Assembly: GCF_038025025.1 (NCBI RefSeq)
Contig: NW_027117349.1
Location: 1,054,001-1,118,000 of the forward strand
Direction of reading: 5' to 3'
Length of the DNA stretch: 64,000 bases
Origin: Phyllosticta citribraziliensis
Lineage: Eukaryota
In this document: positions 10,501-21,650 of the stretch, one piece after another
Layout: the number at the start of each line of letters is the position of its first letter
Numbering within the stretch: the stretch's first letter is position 1
Made by a program: the position numbers and the translations under genes
The notes under the pieces: model-generated
Databases searched by the model: none
What the model saw: the letters and a program-made list of their open reading frames with translations, nothing else
What the model was told of the DNA's origin: nothing

Positions 10501-13500
10501 GACTTTGAAGTTGGAACGTCTACACCGCTGACCAGGAAAAGAAAACACAGGGCGACCAAGGGGCTTTATACTCGCGTGGGGAAGGACAGGCACGAGCCTG
10601 GACCAGGAGCTTACAATGACGGTCGACGTGATTGAGCAGGCAACCCAGTATTCTTGGCCTCGGGAGCGCAGCGAGTCTCAGGCCATAACGGGCGGACCAG
10701 CTCTTGGGCCTATAGCTGAGGTGATGGAAAGTGGATCGGCGGGGTTGTGCAACAGTGAATCGCAAGTGCCACTCTGACATGGGGTGGCCACGCACAACCA
10801 TGCGATTCTCAGCACGCGCCATATGGTAATTGGGAAGGCACACAGAAGCAGAACGGACGGAGAGTCAAGCCCCAACGGACGGCGGCCGTGGAACCCTGGG
10901 CTGATCCCCGCCCTTGGGAAACTGATCCATGCATGGTATATCCCCGAATGCTCAGCGACGGCATTTCGCCGCAGCTGACGGCAAACATTTTGCAAATCCA
11001 AAGACGCTGACTTGCTAGACTCATCAGGCGCCAGGTGACAGGGTACAGCCACCTGGTCAACAACAAAGGTTTCGGGAAAGGCCAACCGTCTGCCGGCAGC
11101 GTGTGCAGTGAACACAGGCTGCATGCAGCATCAAAGTTCAAGGCTGATTATGACGAGAGAAGAAAGGATGGTTGAAGGATCAGCCAGCATCAAACAAAGC
11201 ACGCCTGAAGCGAGGTAGCCGGGTTGCAGAATCAAAGCATGGCGTGTGAAGGCGGACCAGGACTACGCGTGCTAGCGACCCGGTTTACGCATACCTACAG
11301 ACGGAGTTCCGTGGAGGGCAATTCCTAGAGATTCGGCGTGCAGACAGCCAAGATGTGGCGCAGACAGGAAACGCAGAGCCAAGCAGGGAGCTTTCGGGAG
11401 CTGTCCACAAGGGGCAAGCGGCGACCTGGGCCACGCCGCGTGCAGGTGATCAACAACTGACGGACAACGTTGGTGTGAGATGGAGCTTTGGGTGCTTAGC
11501 AAGTGCGGTGAGCCAGAACCTGGGCTGAATAATGAGCTAGAAGCGACTGGCAGGGTGGAGATGGCCCCCGGAGGCTTCAAGGCAGGCCGTTCGGCGACGG
11601 GGCCAGGACGAAGCCGGAGCGCGGAACAATGACAGCGGTGTTTGCAGGGAGAGACTCGATGGGCGGGCTGGAGAAGCGCGTCAGGGCCGGAGCGGGCGTC
11701 CAATATCCATCGGGATGACGTTGATGGAGTCTGTGCTGAGGTGGACGGTATTGTGGGCGAGAGGGAGAGGTCGACGTCTTGCGGCTAATCGCTGGCAAAA
11801 GTCCCGCTCGGTTATGTTGCCAGTCCTGTCAGCTGTGCTACCCAACCACAACACCCACTTCGCTTGCTCTGCTTATGATACTGATGCGGTCCAGAACCAC
11901 CATTACTTTTCATCGATCGCAATCTGCCGCCATTGCGGAACGAAACGTCTGCTGCATCGCATACAATGGACGCCACGACCTCGCTGAAACCTCTGCTCGC
12001 TCCCGAATGACGCACGCTGCCTTGTAAGGAAGAGAGTCGTCGTTGTCGGCAAGCCTCTGGCCCCCACCGCGGGAAATCTGTCGTTGGTGTTTGCCTTGCG
12101 GCTCTGCCACAGCGCCACAGCCATTTGAGAGACATGGAGTCGAAATCTGATACCGGACAATTCATGCCGAGTCGTAGTCCTTGCCGCCAGCAGCATCAAT
12201 CTCACCATGGGAATGTGGTAACGCCATGGACGGGAATTGCTTCGAACGTGTCCCATTCCGTCAGCTTCCTGGAAGATGCACTATTTTCGTGCCCACTCCA
12301 CCCGTCAGCCCATGCGCCCGATTAGATCCGGGAATCGATCAGCCTGCGGATTCTTCGCTTCTAGAATGCAGCTATCAGCTAAGCCATCGTCATCTTCTAT
12401 TTTTCCAGAAAGACACGCCACAGTGGTACCTGCCAGTTGGCTTTGCATTGCTTGATTCCAGGTCCTGGATAGCGGAATAGCCACTGACGAAGCCCTCTGC
12501 CCAACGGAAGGGTTCATGAGGATAAGGAGCATTGCCACTCCGGCGCTGAGGTCTCGTGGCCCTGGTCTTTGATGCAGTACGGGGCTACCCACCACAATCT
12601 TCAATCCAGGCTGTGTGGTGGTCCAGGGACACCATTTACCGTGGCCGAAGCCCCCTCGCTACCTTGGCCTCAGCTTTGCAGGAGAGGACAGGTTTATGGC
12701 AGCGGACAATGTCTTCTCAATTCAGGACGAACATCATGCTACTGCGCTGATCACTTGGAACCAGTACCAATCCCCCCTGAGTCTGAGAGACTCCACTGTC
12801 GCCCACCGCAACCCTGTGCCGAGAGACCCAGGTCGTTCCCCGAACGAACCGCGTAACGCGCGGCAGCCAGGGACACAACGAAAAGTCGAATTCCTGCCGC
12901 GATCTGTTTGTCACGCGCACTGTACACTGGAGGCAGAGCAACGACAGTCATTCAGGGCCAAGGGACCGAAGAAGGGGCCCTTCAAGCCAGTTGGACGTCT
13001 CGGTTAGTTTTGTCAAACTTTGAGGGCGGGATGACGTCTGAACCCGGGCGCATAAAGGCCAAGCAATATGCTTGTCGTTACCTGCACGTCGCACAGCTTC
13101 CCTGAGGACGAGATCTTGCTCCGCCGTTTCCACCCCGCGGCAGGCTTGTTTTGCTTTCCTCTCCTTGGCGTGAATCTCGAGTTCGGTATTGCGCCTTTCC
13201 GCCAACGCATACTGAAGAAGTCAATTTGTTTCCACAAAGTCTGATGAATCATTTTCTTACCAAATGAAAAAGACAAATTGCTTACTAATATCCACCGACA
13301 CTGCCCACGCTCTCGACCAGCGCCCCTCTTTCGCAACCCGAACAAACTCATCATCAGCGTTGGCGCCCTATACAGAGCCCGAGTTGCACGAACGATCAGA
13401 CGGCAATGTAGACGACAGGCCAGCGAACAGAGCAGCGATGGCGTCTTACCCGAGCCTCGCAGACGCACTCCTGTGCCGCTGCCCTTTCGCTGTTGCACTG

Positions 13501-15552
13501 TTGGTGCAAGCTCTCACAGAGGCTGCTCAGCTGTGTATAAGCTTAGAGGAGCTACAGACCGTCTAACCCGAAGTGGAAACACGGGGATGCGGATTGACTC
13601 TCCAATCTACCATGTCCTTGCCCGGCCGGCCGCCTTAGGCGCAACATTCGCACACCATAGCGGAATGATTTGACCAATGATTTGACCAACAATCAAATCG
13701 CTGGAGTCTTTCCTCAGATTAATGCCAGACTAATCACCATCAAGCCATCCTTCTGCTGAGGCCGCAATCCTTCTACAAGTCTTTTTCGGGCTTTGGCACA
13801 TCCTGGCAGCCTGGCTCGAGTCCAACGGCCCAAACTTAATCATTGCGGGGCGATGCATCCAGACGCGCTTTTCCGAGGACCAGACGAGTGGTCTGACAGT
13901 CAGGGAAGCCTCAAGACCGCAGTAGTGGTCAGGTCAGGTACCCGACCTTCCGACGACGTTCTACGACAGACAGGCGGGCGTCCGTGTACGCGGACGGGGC
14001 AGGCTTGCTCCCCAGGCTTGGCCGGGCAGCGGGACCCCAGACCGGATGTGATCGCGGCCCTCACGGTTCGGCCACAACCCTGTCCGCTGCGGCGCCAAGG
14101 AGCCGAACCAGGACATCTGACCCGGCTGGCCACGACGCTTTTCGCGACTCTTATGACTGGCTGGTCGCTGTTGGTCCCTCGCCAAACGCTTTGTCGAGCA
14201 CGCCTGAGCCCAAGCCGTAGATGGCGGGCGCGCGGTGACGCGGATGGCTGGCGACGCGGCATTCGGTCATTTGCGAAAGGAACAGCAAAGGTTGTTTTGA
14301 CTTGACGAGGAAAGCTCGAACAACAAAAGTTATGGCCGGTTATGGCCGGTACCCGCCCACAGACGGACCAGCGGCCGGATTCCCGTCCCCACGACGATGA
14401 CTTGTCTGGCAGTGTGGCGGTAAAGCATGCATCGCGCCATTATTATCCTCATCACCTCCGCGTCACAACGGAGGACGACGCGCAAACGGACATCTTCATT
14501 TCCCGTTCCTGTGGACGAAAAACCCCGGGCGCTTGGCTGCGTCCGTTCTCCATATGCCCAGCTGTACAGCTATGCAGAGGTGAAGCCCGTGCGCTCGCTC
14601 TCCATAGAGAACCAGCCACGGCAGGGATCGTCCGAGGTTTGCTCATCACGTCGAAGTACAATGAATGCGTCGCTATTGGCCTGACTCGGACCGTGATTAT
14701 TTGCAGCGCAAGTCATTGGTCAACGCGAGCAATCTTGCTACACGAGCACTCAAAGCCTCTCGACGGACGAATAGTTCGCCATCCCTTTCCATGAATTGCT
14801 CACCAAGTCGGCAGTTCCAGCACCTCTCTCGAAGTCCCAGGAACCTCATCTCGCGAGCCGCGGCATGATGAAACCGCGCGTCTCACCCTCAAAACCAGAT
14901 GGAAAGAAAAGCGGGCACGCAAGTTTGAGGCTGCCCGCCGCCCCAAACTCTAAAATGCAGTTTGTTTCTAGCCAAGCTTCGTTGGTTTGCTGGATCGGCG
15001 TCGGTTAGGTGTGAATATGGGCCCTTATTTTTCGAGACGCGCCCTATTGTTCCTCACTCCATGCTCTTTTGCTCTGTGTGGGCCCATCTTTGCTGCGGTT
15101 GACCAAGCAGTAGATCAGCATCGAGGCATCCTATCGTCGAGCCAAGCGCTTGAATAAGAGCGAGAAGCGCCGGCGCGTCGCATGCCGCTGCAACATGGTC
15201 ACTTTCACAAGCTTTGGTCTATGCCGCAGTCGCAAACGGTCGAGTTGCTGACCGCTCATCACAGGCTCAGTGAATACAGACTGGACCAACCATGAGGCGC
15301 TACGAATACTTCAAACCACCCCAAAAGCGCTGGGTGGACCAGTCGACGTCCCCCAACAATGCCGCCGCACGATTGGATGGTGAAAATACATCGCGCCATC
15401 CCACTACAAACCAAAAGACCTCCATTTCAAGCCGCACACCAGGTCCAGTTTTGGTTGGAAAACGGGACACAATCAGGACGTTTGCCAACCACGCCAAAGT
15501 GCATACAAATCGCCACTTGCCCGCGCATCTTCATGTGTGTCCGTCCAGAGCG

Positions 15553-15665
15553 CATGAATGCTCCCCGTCGCCCAGCTCCTCAGATCATGTATACTTCGCG
15601 GTCCCTACCTCTCCAGACGGACGAATGCTCCCTGTCCTCATCCCACCTAGAGAATGCATGCTCTT
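15553..15665 (+). repeat. Degenerate ~33-bp phased GAATGCTCC array
   Basis: Cores at 15556 (9/9), 15589 (6/9), 15623 (9/9), 15656 (7/9). Confidence 0.55.
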
Positions 15666-18600
15666 CATAGCTCTCCCTTCAGAGCGCATAGCTCCTGCTC
15701 ATCCCACACAAACAACGAGTCCAGAAGCCCCATTTCTATATTCCGTGCAAGCCAATAAATTCTCCTGGTCGTTCTTACTCAACATCTGTGTACGCACTGC
15801 ACTGTATACCAATATGTACCAAAACAACGAAACAAATTCTCCGGCAATCGCCTCCCCCGCCCTATTTCTTCTGTCTCTCGTCGTCTCTCGTCGTCCATCG
15901 AAGACGACAACGTCAACATTCCCAACGCCATTCGTTGGCACCATTCGACAGGAACAGAGGGAAGTCGATTGACGAGATCAAAGCCGAAGCCGGCTGGCGG
16001 GCTGCCTCCACCGCATCGGCTGCTGTAAGGGGCGTAGCGCGTGCTCGTCCCGGGGTTGGCACTCAAACCGCCGACTGGCAACCCAGGCAGCCGTGTCTGG
16101 CGTGTATTGCGCCGGCTGCGGCAAGACATTCAGGGTCCAAGGTAAGCGTCCAAATCGTGTTTTGTTCCCGAAATCTCAGGAGAGCAACGCTGCGGGAGTT
16201 CCTTTGAGAGATCCTCCGATCAAGACTACTCACTGACTGAACAAAAGGATATTCGGTGTTTTCCTCTGACAACACTTCCAACATACCATATCACTGCCAG
16301 GCGAACGCAGAAGACGGTCAGGGTGTAGACTGGCTTGGGAAGCTGTCCATCGGACCCCGCCAGCCGTTGCAATTGGAGCTGGATGAGCAGAGACACGAGA
16401 AGTCGTTTTGCGGAACAGGGCGGAAGTCTGTAGCAGAATTCGAAGATAGGTACCCGTCAGCAGTGGAAATGGAGAATCGGTACTATTGCAGGCCAGAGTC
16501 GTCCACGAGGTGCGTGTGTTGCTAAGCTGGACAGCGGGCAGTCACAAAAAGTACATGTACTCGAGCGCGCTTTCTGGGACTGTGCCACCGCAACAATCAA
16601 CAACGCAGCTCTTCCATCCAACCTCGCGCCTCTTCGACATCCCATTTGAGCAATTCGACTCCGATGAAGCTGTCTCTGCCCTCGAATCGACTTGAGGTCT
16701 GAGCGCGTCGGTGCCGTCGCCGTCACCGTCGCCGTCGCGCGCTTTCCGCTTCGAATCATCGCGAACGCTGCACGACCTGCACATCGACGCTCGTGGCCTA
16801 GCATCTAGTGACGAGTCTCGTGCTTCATCTCTAATCGGTTACCTCTACACAGCTGCGTACCTGGCCCGCCTACCTTACTGTCTATGTTACGCTTTGCCGC
16901 TCTGCATAGGTCATGGGCTGCAGAGGCTGTTCCACAACCGCGGCATGCACCTTTCCAGAGCAATCCCACCACCTCATAAGCAAACACTGGGGCGCAGTGA
17001 GCGAATGAAGTCACCTGTCCAGACCGCGCCGGGCAAGTCGCGCTCAGTTGTCATCTGCTTGCTACGAAGACCACTTCGACGATACTTCCTGACGGCTGCA
17101 CGTGCAGCAGAAACCGGCCTCACTCTCTTCTCCGATACACTCGCTTCGGGTAAGGCCGCGCGCCATCCGAATCCGAACTCTAACATTCAGCAAACCACAG
17201 CAATCCAAAACGCTTGAGGCACCCATCGCAAATAGGCGCGGTTTGCCAAAAAGGTACCTCGAGCAGCGCGCCACGCCGCGCCCGCTTCCCGCTCTGTCTC
17301 GCCCTGTCTTGCCCCATTCAACCCTGCCTGTCTCACCCCTACGCCACGCGGCGGGAGGGCGACGGGGGTCAGGGAGCAGCGGGCGATGGCAGCCGGGATG
17401 CGGGTTCGTTGGGTTTCTCCTGTGCAGATGCACTGGGCGTCTGCTGCGCTGATGTTCGAATCCAAATAGACGGTGGAGGTGGCAGAGATGACAAAGCTGA
17501 AGATTTTGTTGGTCCCGGTGGCGGGGATGAGGTGGGATAAACGGAGCGTGGTATTGTGGGGACGGAGAAGAAGGGACGGGGTGTTTGTGCAACTGTGGCA
17601 CGGGTCTCAAGAACAGGCTCGCGTTCCTGGAACGAAAGTTAATAAGTTTGCTGTGTTTGGTGCTCAGTTGACCTCCTTGAAAAGCTGCGTCGTTGGAGAG
17701 GAAATGCAGAGCCTGTACATCCCTCCAAATATTTGATCAATCAAGCCAAAAGCGCAACCGTGCAACAGAAATATTGCGCAAATCTACACCAGTATTTCGA
17801 CATTTGCGTTCGCCCTCCTGTCTCCAGCGTCCAACGCGACCCAATCCACAAATCGTCAGTACTGCGCCTCTTCTTCCAAACATAGCCTCTCATCTGTCAT
17901 CAGAGAAGCCTCTCAGCAGCACAAGCAGTGAGACGAAGTAAGAAGTAGAAGCCGACCTGCCAGGGACAGCGGGGTCCGTTCGTCCCACCATCCACCGTCA
18001 CACTGAGCTGTTCTTCAGGCCTGTGACTTTCCTTCGTGCGAGGCAACGTACATCTGCCATTTCCACCTCCATTCGCATCGGCTTGGACGCGGGAAGAGGT
18101 GGAGTGACGATCCTACGCCGCTCTGCTTTTACCTGCGCGGTTTGGTTTGACGCGCCGCGATAAGGCGAAGCGGTAGGGCGGTGAAAGGCTCGATCATAAG
18201 TGAGCCGGACAGAGTGGCTGAGTTTACTGCATGTGCGGTGGTGTTTCCTGCGCCATGCGGGCTTGGGATGCGGGTGTTGGTGTGGCGCTGGATCCTTTGT
18301 CTGCCGTGTTTCATGCGCTTCTACTGACCCACGCGCCGATGATGCGGGGAATCTTTTGTGAAAGACTGGGAAAGGGCACATGTTGCTGCGGTGTAGCCAT
18401 GATGGTCATTAGTTAGGTAAGAGAGAATCGAAATCTTCCCTACAATCTCACTGTGGTCCCGCCCTGGGTTCAGCAACATTCGTCGCTTTTGAAATTCTTC
18501 ACTCTCCCACAATGACGGTCTTCATGACCTTGGCTCGACAGATTTGGAGACTCCAGAGTCGCGTAGAAACCAACGCACCTGCCGCACAAAGCAAAGAGAG

Positions 18601-19531
18601 AAGGAATAGTAGGTAGGTAGGAGTATCTTCCTCCCCACCCACAGCAGGCACAGTAGGTGTGGTAAGTCTCTTTGGCTTTTTCAACGTTGAGTCTGCCTCT
18701 GTGTGTGGAAGGTGTTTGCTGGGGAGCAAAGCCTCGAATTTGTAGCGGAAGATCTGAATGCCGAGAGTGCTGCCTTGAGCATGGACCGATGGCACACGGG
18801 CGACGACCTCATCGTGCGCGGAGAATGGCCACATGGAAATGCACGGCGCCATGACATGGCGACGCGCGATGATGTCGCCATCAGACTCACAAGGAACATT
18901 TCGCCAGAAGCATGTGGAAGGTCGAAGAGGCTTGCGACAGAAACTTCTGCTGGCAACGGTAGCATCCCGATGATCAAGGAGCATTCATCGGCGATGGAAG
19001 CTTGCGGTCCTGTTTTCTCGCACTGGAACAGTAGCCTGTTGCTCTTTTCTTCGCGTTGTTTCTTTCCGCTTGTTGGGCTGTGGCGATTCCTGTGCGCATG
19101 GTCCGCGAACTCAGGCCAAGATTGCCCCTGAAACTGCCAGCCCCTGACACCCCCTGAAGCAGGAAAACGTGATGCAGTTCGCGTTTTACCATCGGCAACT
19201 GCAACAAAGCATTCGAAAAGATGTTGAACGCGCCTCCAATCGCAATGGTCTATCCACAAAGCGCAAGATAGCCGTTCATCCAAGTTCTGCCCACCGGCCG
19301 CGGCGAGGGCCATATCACAACAACCATCGATCGCATTGTTTCACAAACAAGACTGAGGGCTCCCCATCTCCTTCAGAGCCTATGGACTGCTAAAGATATA
19401 GCGTCGATCAATTCAACGACTGCAATCGCTGTGAAAACTCCAAAAAACCCTCCTGCACCCCCAACTCCTCACTTCATGATTCTACAACAGTAGACCATCA
19501 AAACGAATCGCTTTTAAAGCCAAAAGAGTAA

Positions 19532-19667
19532 TGCGTCGGCCGGGAATCGAACCCGGGGCTCATCGAAGTCGAAACTGTCGTGATATCCTGATGGTGTTGA
19601 GGTTTTGCTCAGACTCCACTAATCACGTGCTTGGCAACGATGAATTTTACCACTAAACCACCAACGC
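19532..19667 (-). tRNA. tRNA-Gly(GCC) with a 65-nt intron
   Basis: 5' GCGTTGGTGGTTTAGTGGTAAAA; anticodon stem CATCG/CGATG; GCC at 19635-19633; T arm GGTTCGATTCC; 3' CCGACGCA; intron 19567-19631 at position 37/38. Confidence 0.95.
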
Positions 19668-20165
19668 TTTTGAGTGGATTATGAAAATTGCAGTGCCCAA
19701 TACAATATATATACGTAAATTTTAATGACTCGGATAAGCCTCCAGTCCCCTTGAAGACCCCCATGTCCCCTCCCCTAGTGACATGGTTTTAGGGAGTTTT
19801 TGAATTTCCTGCTTCTCGGATCAGTCTTTAGGTAGAATTCCGCCTTCCAACTAAGCGAGAACTTGGAAGCCGAGGTTTTTGATGTATCAACAAATAAATA
19901 TACGAAACTCAAGCAAGATTTATGTTGTCCATGCATGTATTCTGGAAAAACGTATGGCTCGCCGCTTTTTCCGCATCTCGCCCCCACTCCTTAAATAGAC
20001 AGCATATTCTGTGATACCTGCAGGATCCACTTATTCTCTACACGATTGGTCGCAAACGCGGGGTGCGGCACAGCATCTCATGATCTGTTGATGGTGGGTG
20101 TCGACCGCAGACAACCTTCACACCACCAGAACGGGAGGAAGCAATCAATTCTAAGCATTTGCACC

Positions 20166-21650
20166 ATGGAGACTTCGTCTACAATAGCATCATGGCTCTC
20201 TTTCCTTGTGACATCGGTCGGGCTGGGCTCGCTCATCTCACAAGCCAGCGTCATCAACGACAAAATGGACCCCTTTCATGACCAGCGCTCAGTCAAACAC
20301 CTGGGAATCTGGTTCTGCCGACAGCCGCAATTTCCCTTTTGGAAAGTCGCGAAGCCACCTCCAATTGGACCCGAGATCAACGCAAAGCTCAGCGATGGGT
20401 TCTGCGGATTAAGCGCTGTACACCTATCTAGAGTGCCCGTGTCACAGCAAGCCGGCGAAGCGGGATGGGCCACGTTCCTTGCCGTCATCCACCAAGAGCA
20501 GTTGCGAATCGTATCTTCTTCCGCTGGCGACATCGAAGCCGAGAAAGGACTGCTTCTCAAGGAGATTGAACGCGAATTGATTCGTAACGGCTGGGAGTCT
20601 CTGCCAAAGTCCCCCCTCGTCCGCCACAGGAAATCGGCGTGCATTACAATCAGCCGGACCACGCTTTTGACCTTGCTCTCCATAACGAATGCGCGGCCTA
20701 TTTTCCGCCATAGCGATGCAGCAGGACATCGCGCAGCCTATGCATCTTACTCTGGACAGTGGTACATTGACTGGCCCTTGGGTTCGCCGGCAACCGTCAG
20801 CTTTGCCGCCCACGACTCCCACTCCGCCGCAACAGATGTGTATCCCCTTTCTTTCGAACGGAGAGTCGACAAGTGTATCCAGATGACTGCAGGAATCATT
20901 GCGACATTCGACTTCAAAGTTGCGTTTCCAGGCCGCAAAGCACCGGGAAGATATGTTCTCGAACACATCCCCAAAGGATTTCCAGGTGCACACGGAAGTC
21001 GACACCTCTACAACATGATGGGTGGAAAGGTCTACGAGATTGACTTTTTGTTCGCGCGGAAGCTTGGCCCCAACGACCCTGAGCCACCGCAGGCAATCAA
21101 GCTCAACCTACCCAGTACTGCAAAAGGCGAAGTCGAAATGTTCGTCTGTGCGCCGGAACAGGAAATCTTGAGTCGAGCGATGGATAGTCTGCCGTGGTCA
21201 TCACTCTCCTGGAGCATTCACCGGGGTCTCCGTGATGTTCTCATGGCATTCTCAAAAACTCGCATGGATGAGCTGCGCTCGCGGTTTGCGTCTACGCTCC
21301 GCCAAGCCGTGCGAGACAATCCTTTGGCGCTGGATGCACTCGGATGGGAGCCGACTTTTGTTCGGCAACACATGGGAGACATGGCTGCGGGAGCAGTCGT
21401 TGCCGGCAGCGGGAATTCCGGAGATCTCGTTCGCGTCGTCACTGACATGACTCTGGCACTGTGCGGCAGCAATAATCTCAAAGACCTCGACGAAATCACG
21501 TTCTGGCGGTCTCCTGTCCAAGATGCTGACGCCACAGATCTCGATCGACAAGCCATCATCGCCTTGACAAAGTGTTTCATCCTCGAATGGAGCACAGAAC
21601 TTGACTACCAGATGTATCACGACCTTCCCCTTAAACTGTATTTTGCATAG
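20166..21650 (+). CDS. Uncharacterised protein (~494 aa) with a hydrophobic N-terminal segment
   Basis: Long uninterrupted ORF, good start context (CACCATGG), globular composition; no family motif recognised. Confidence 0.8.
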   Translation: METSSTIASWLSFLVTSVGLGSLISQASVINDKMDPFHDQRSVKHLGIWFCRQPQFPFWKVAKPPPIGPEINAKLSDGFCGLSAVHLSRVPVSQQAGEAGWATFLAVIHQEQLRIVSSSAGDIEAEKGLLLKEIERELIRNGWESLPKSPLVRHRKSACITISRTTLLTLLSITNARPIFRHSDAAGHRAAYASYSGQWYIDWPLGSPATVSFAAHDSHSAATDVYPLSFERRVDKCIQMTAGIIATFDFKVAFPGRKAPGRYVLEHIPKGFPGAHGSRHLYNMMGGKVYEIDFLFARKLGPNDPEPPQAIKLNLPSTAKGEVEMFVCAPEQEILSRAMDSLPWSSLSWSIHRGLRDVLMAFSKTRMDELRSRFASTLRQAVRDNPLALDALGWEPTFVRQHMGDMAAGAVVAGSGNSGDLVRVVTDMTLALCGSNNLKDLDEITFWRSPVQDADATDLDRQAIIALTKCFILEWSTELDYQMYHDLPLKLYFA

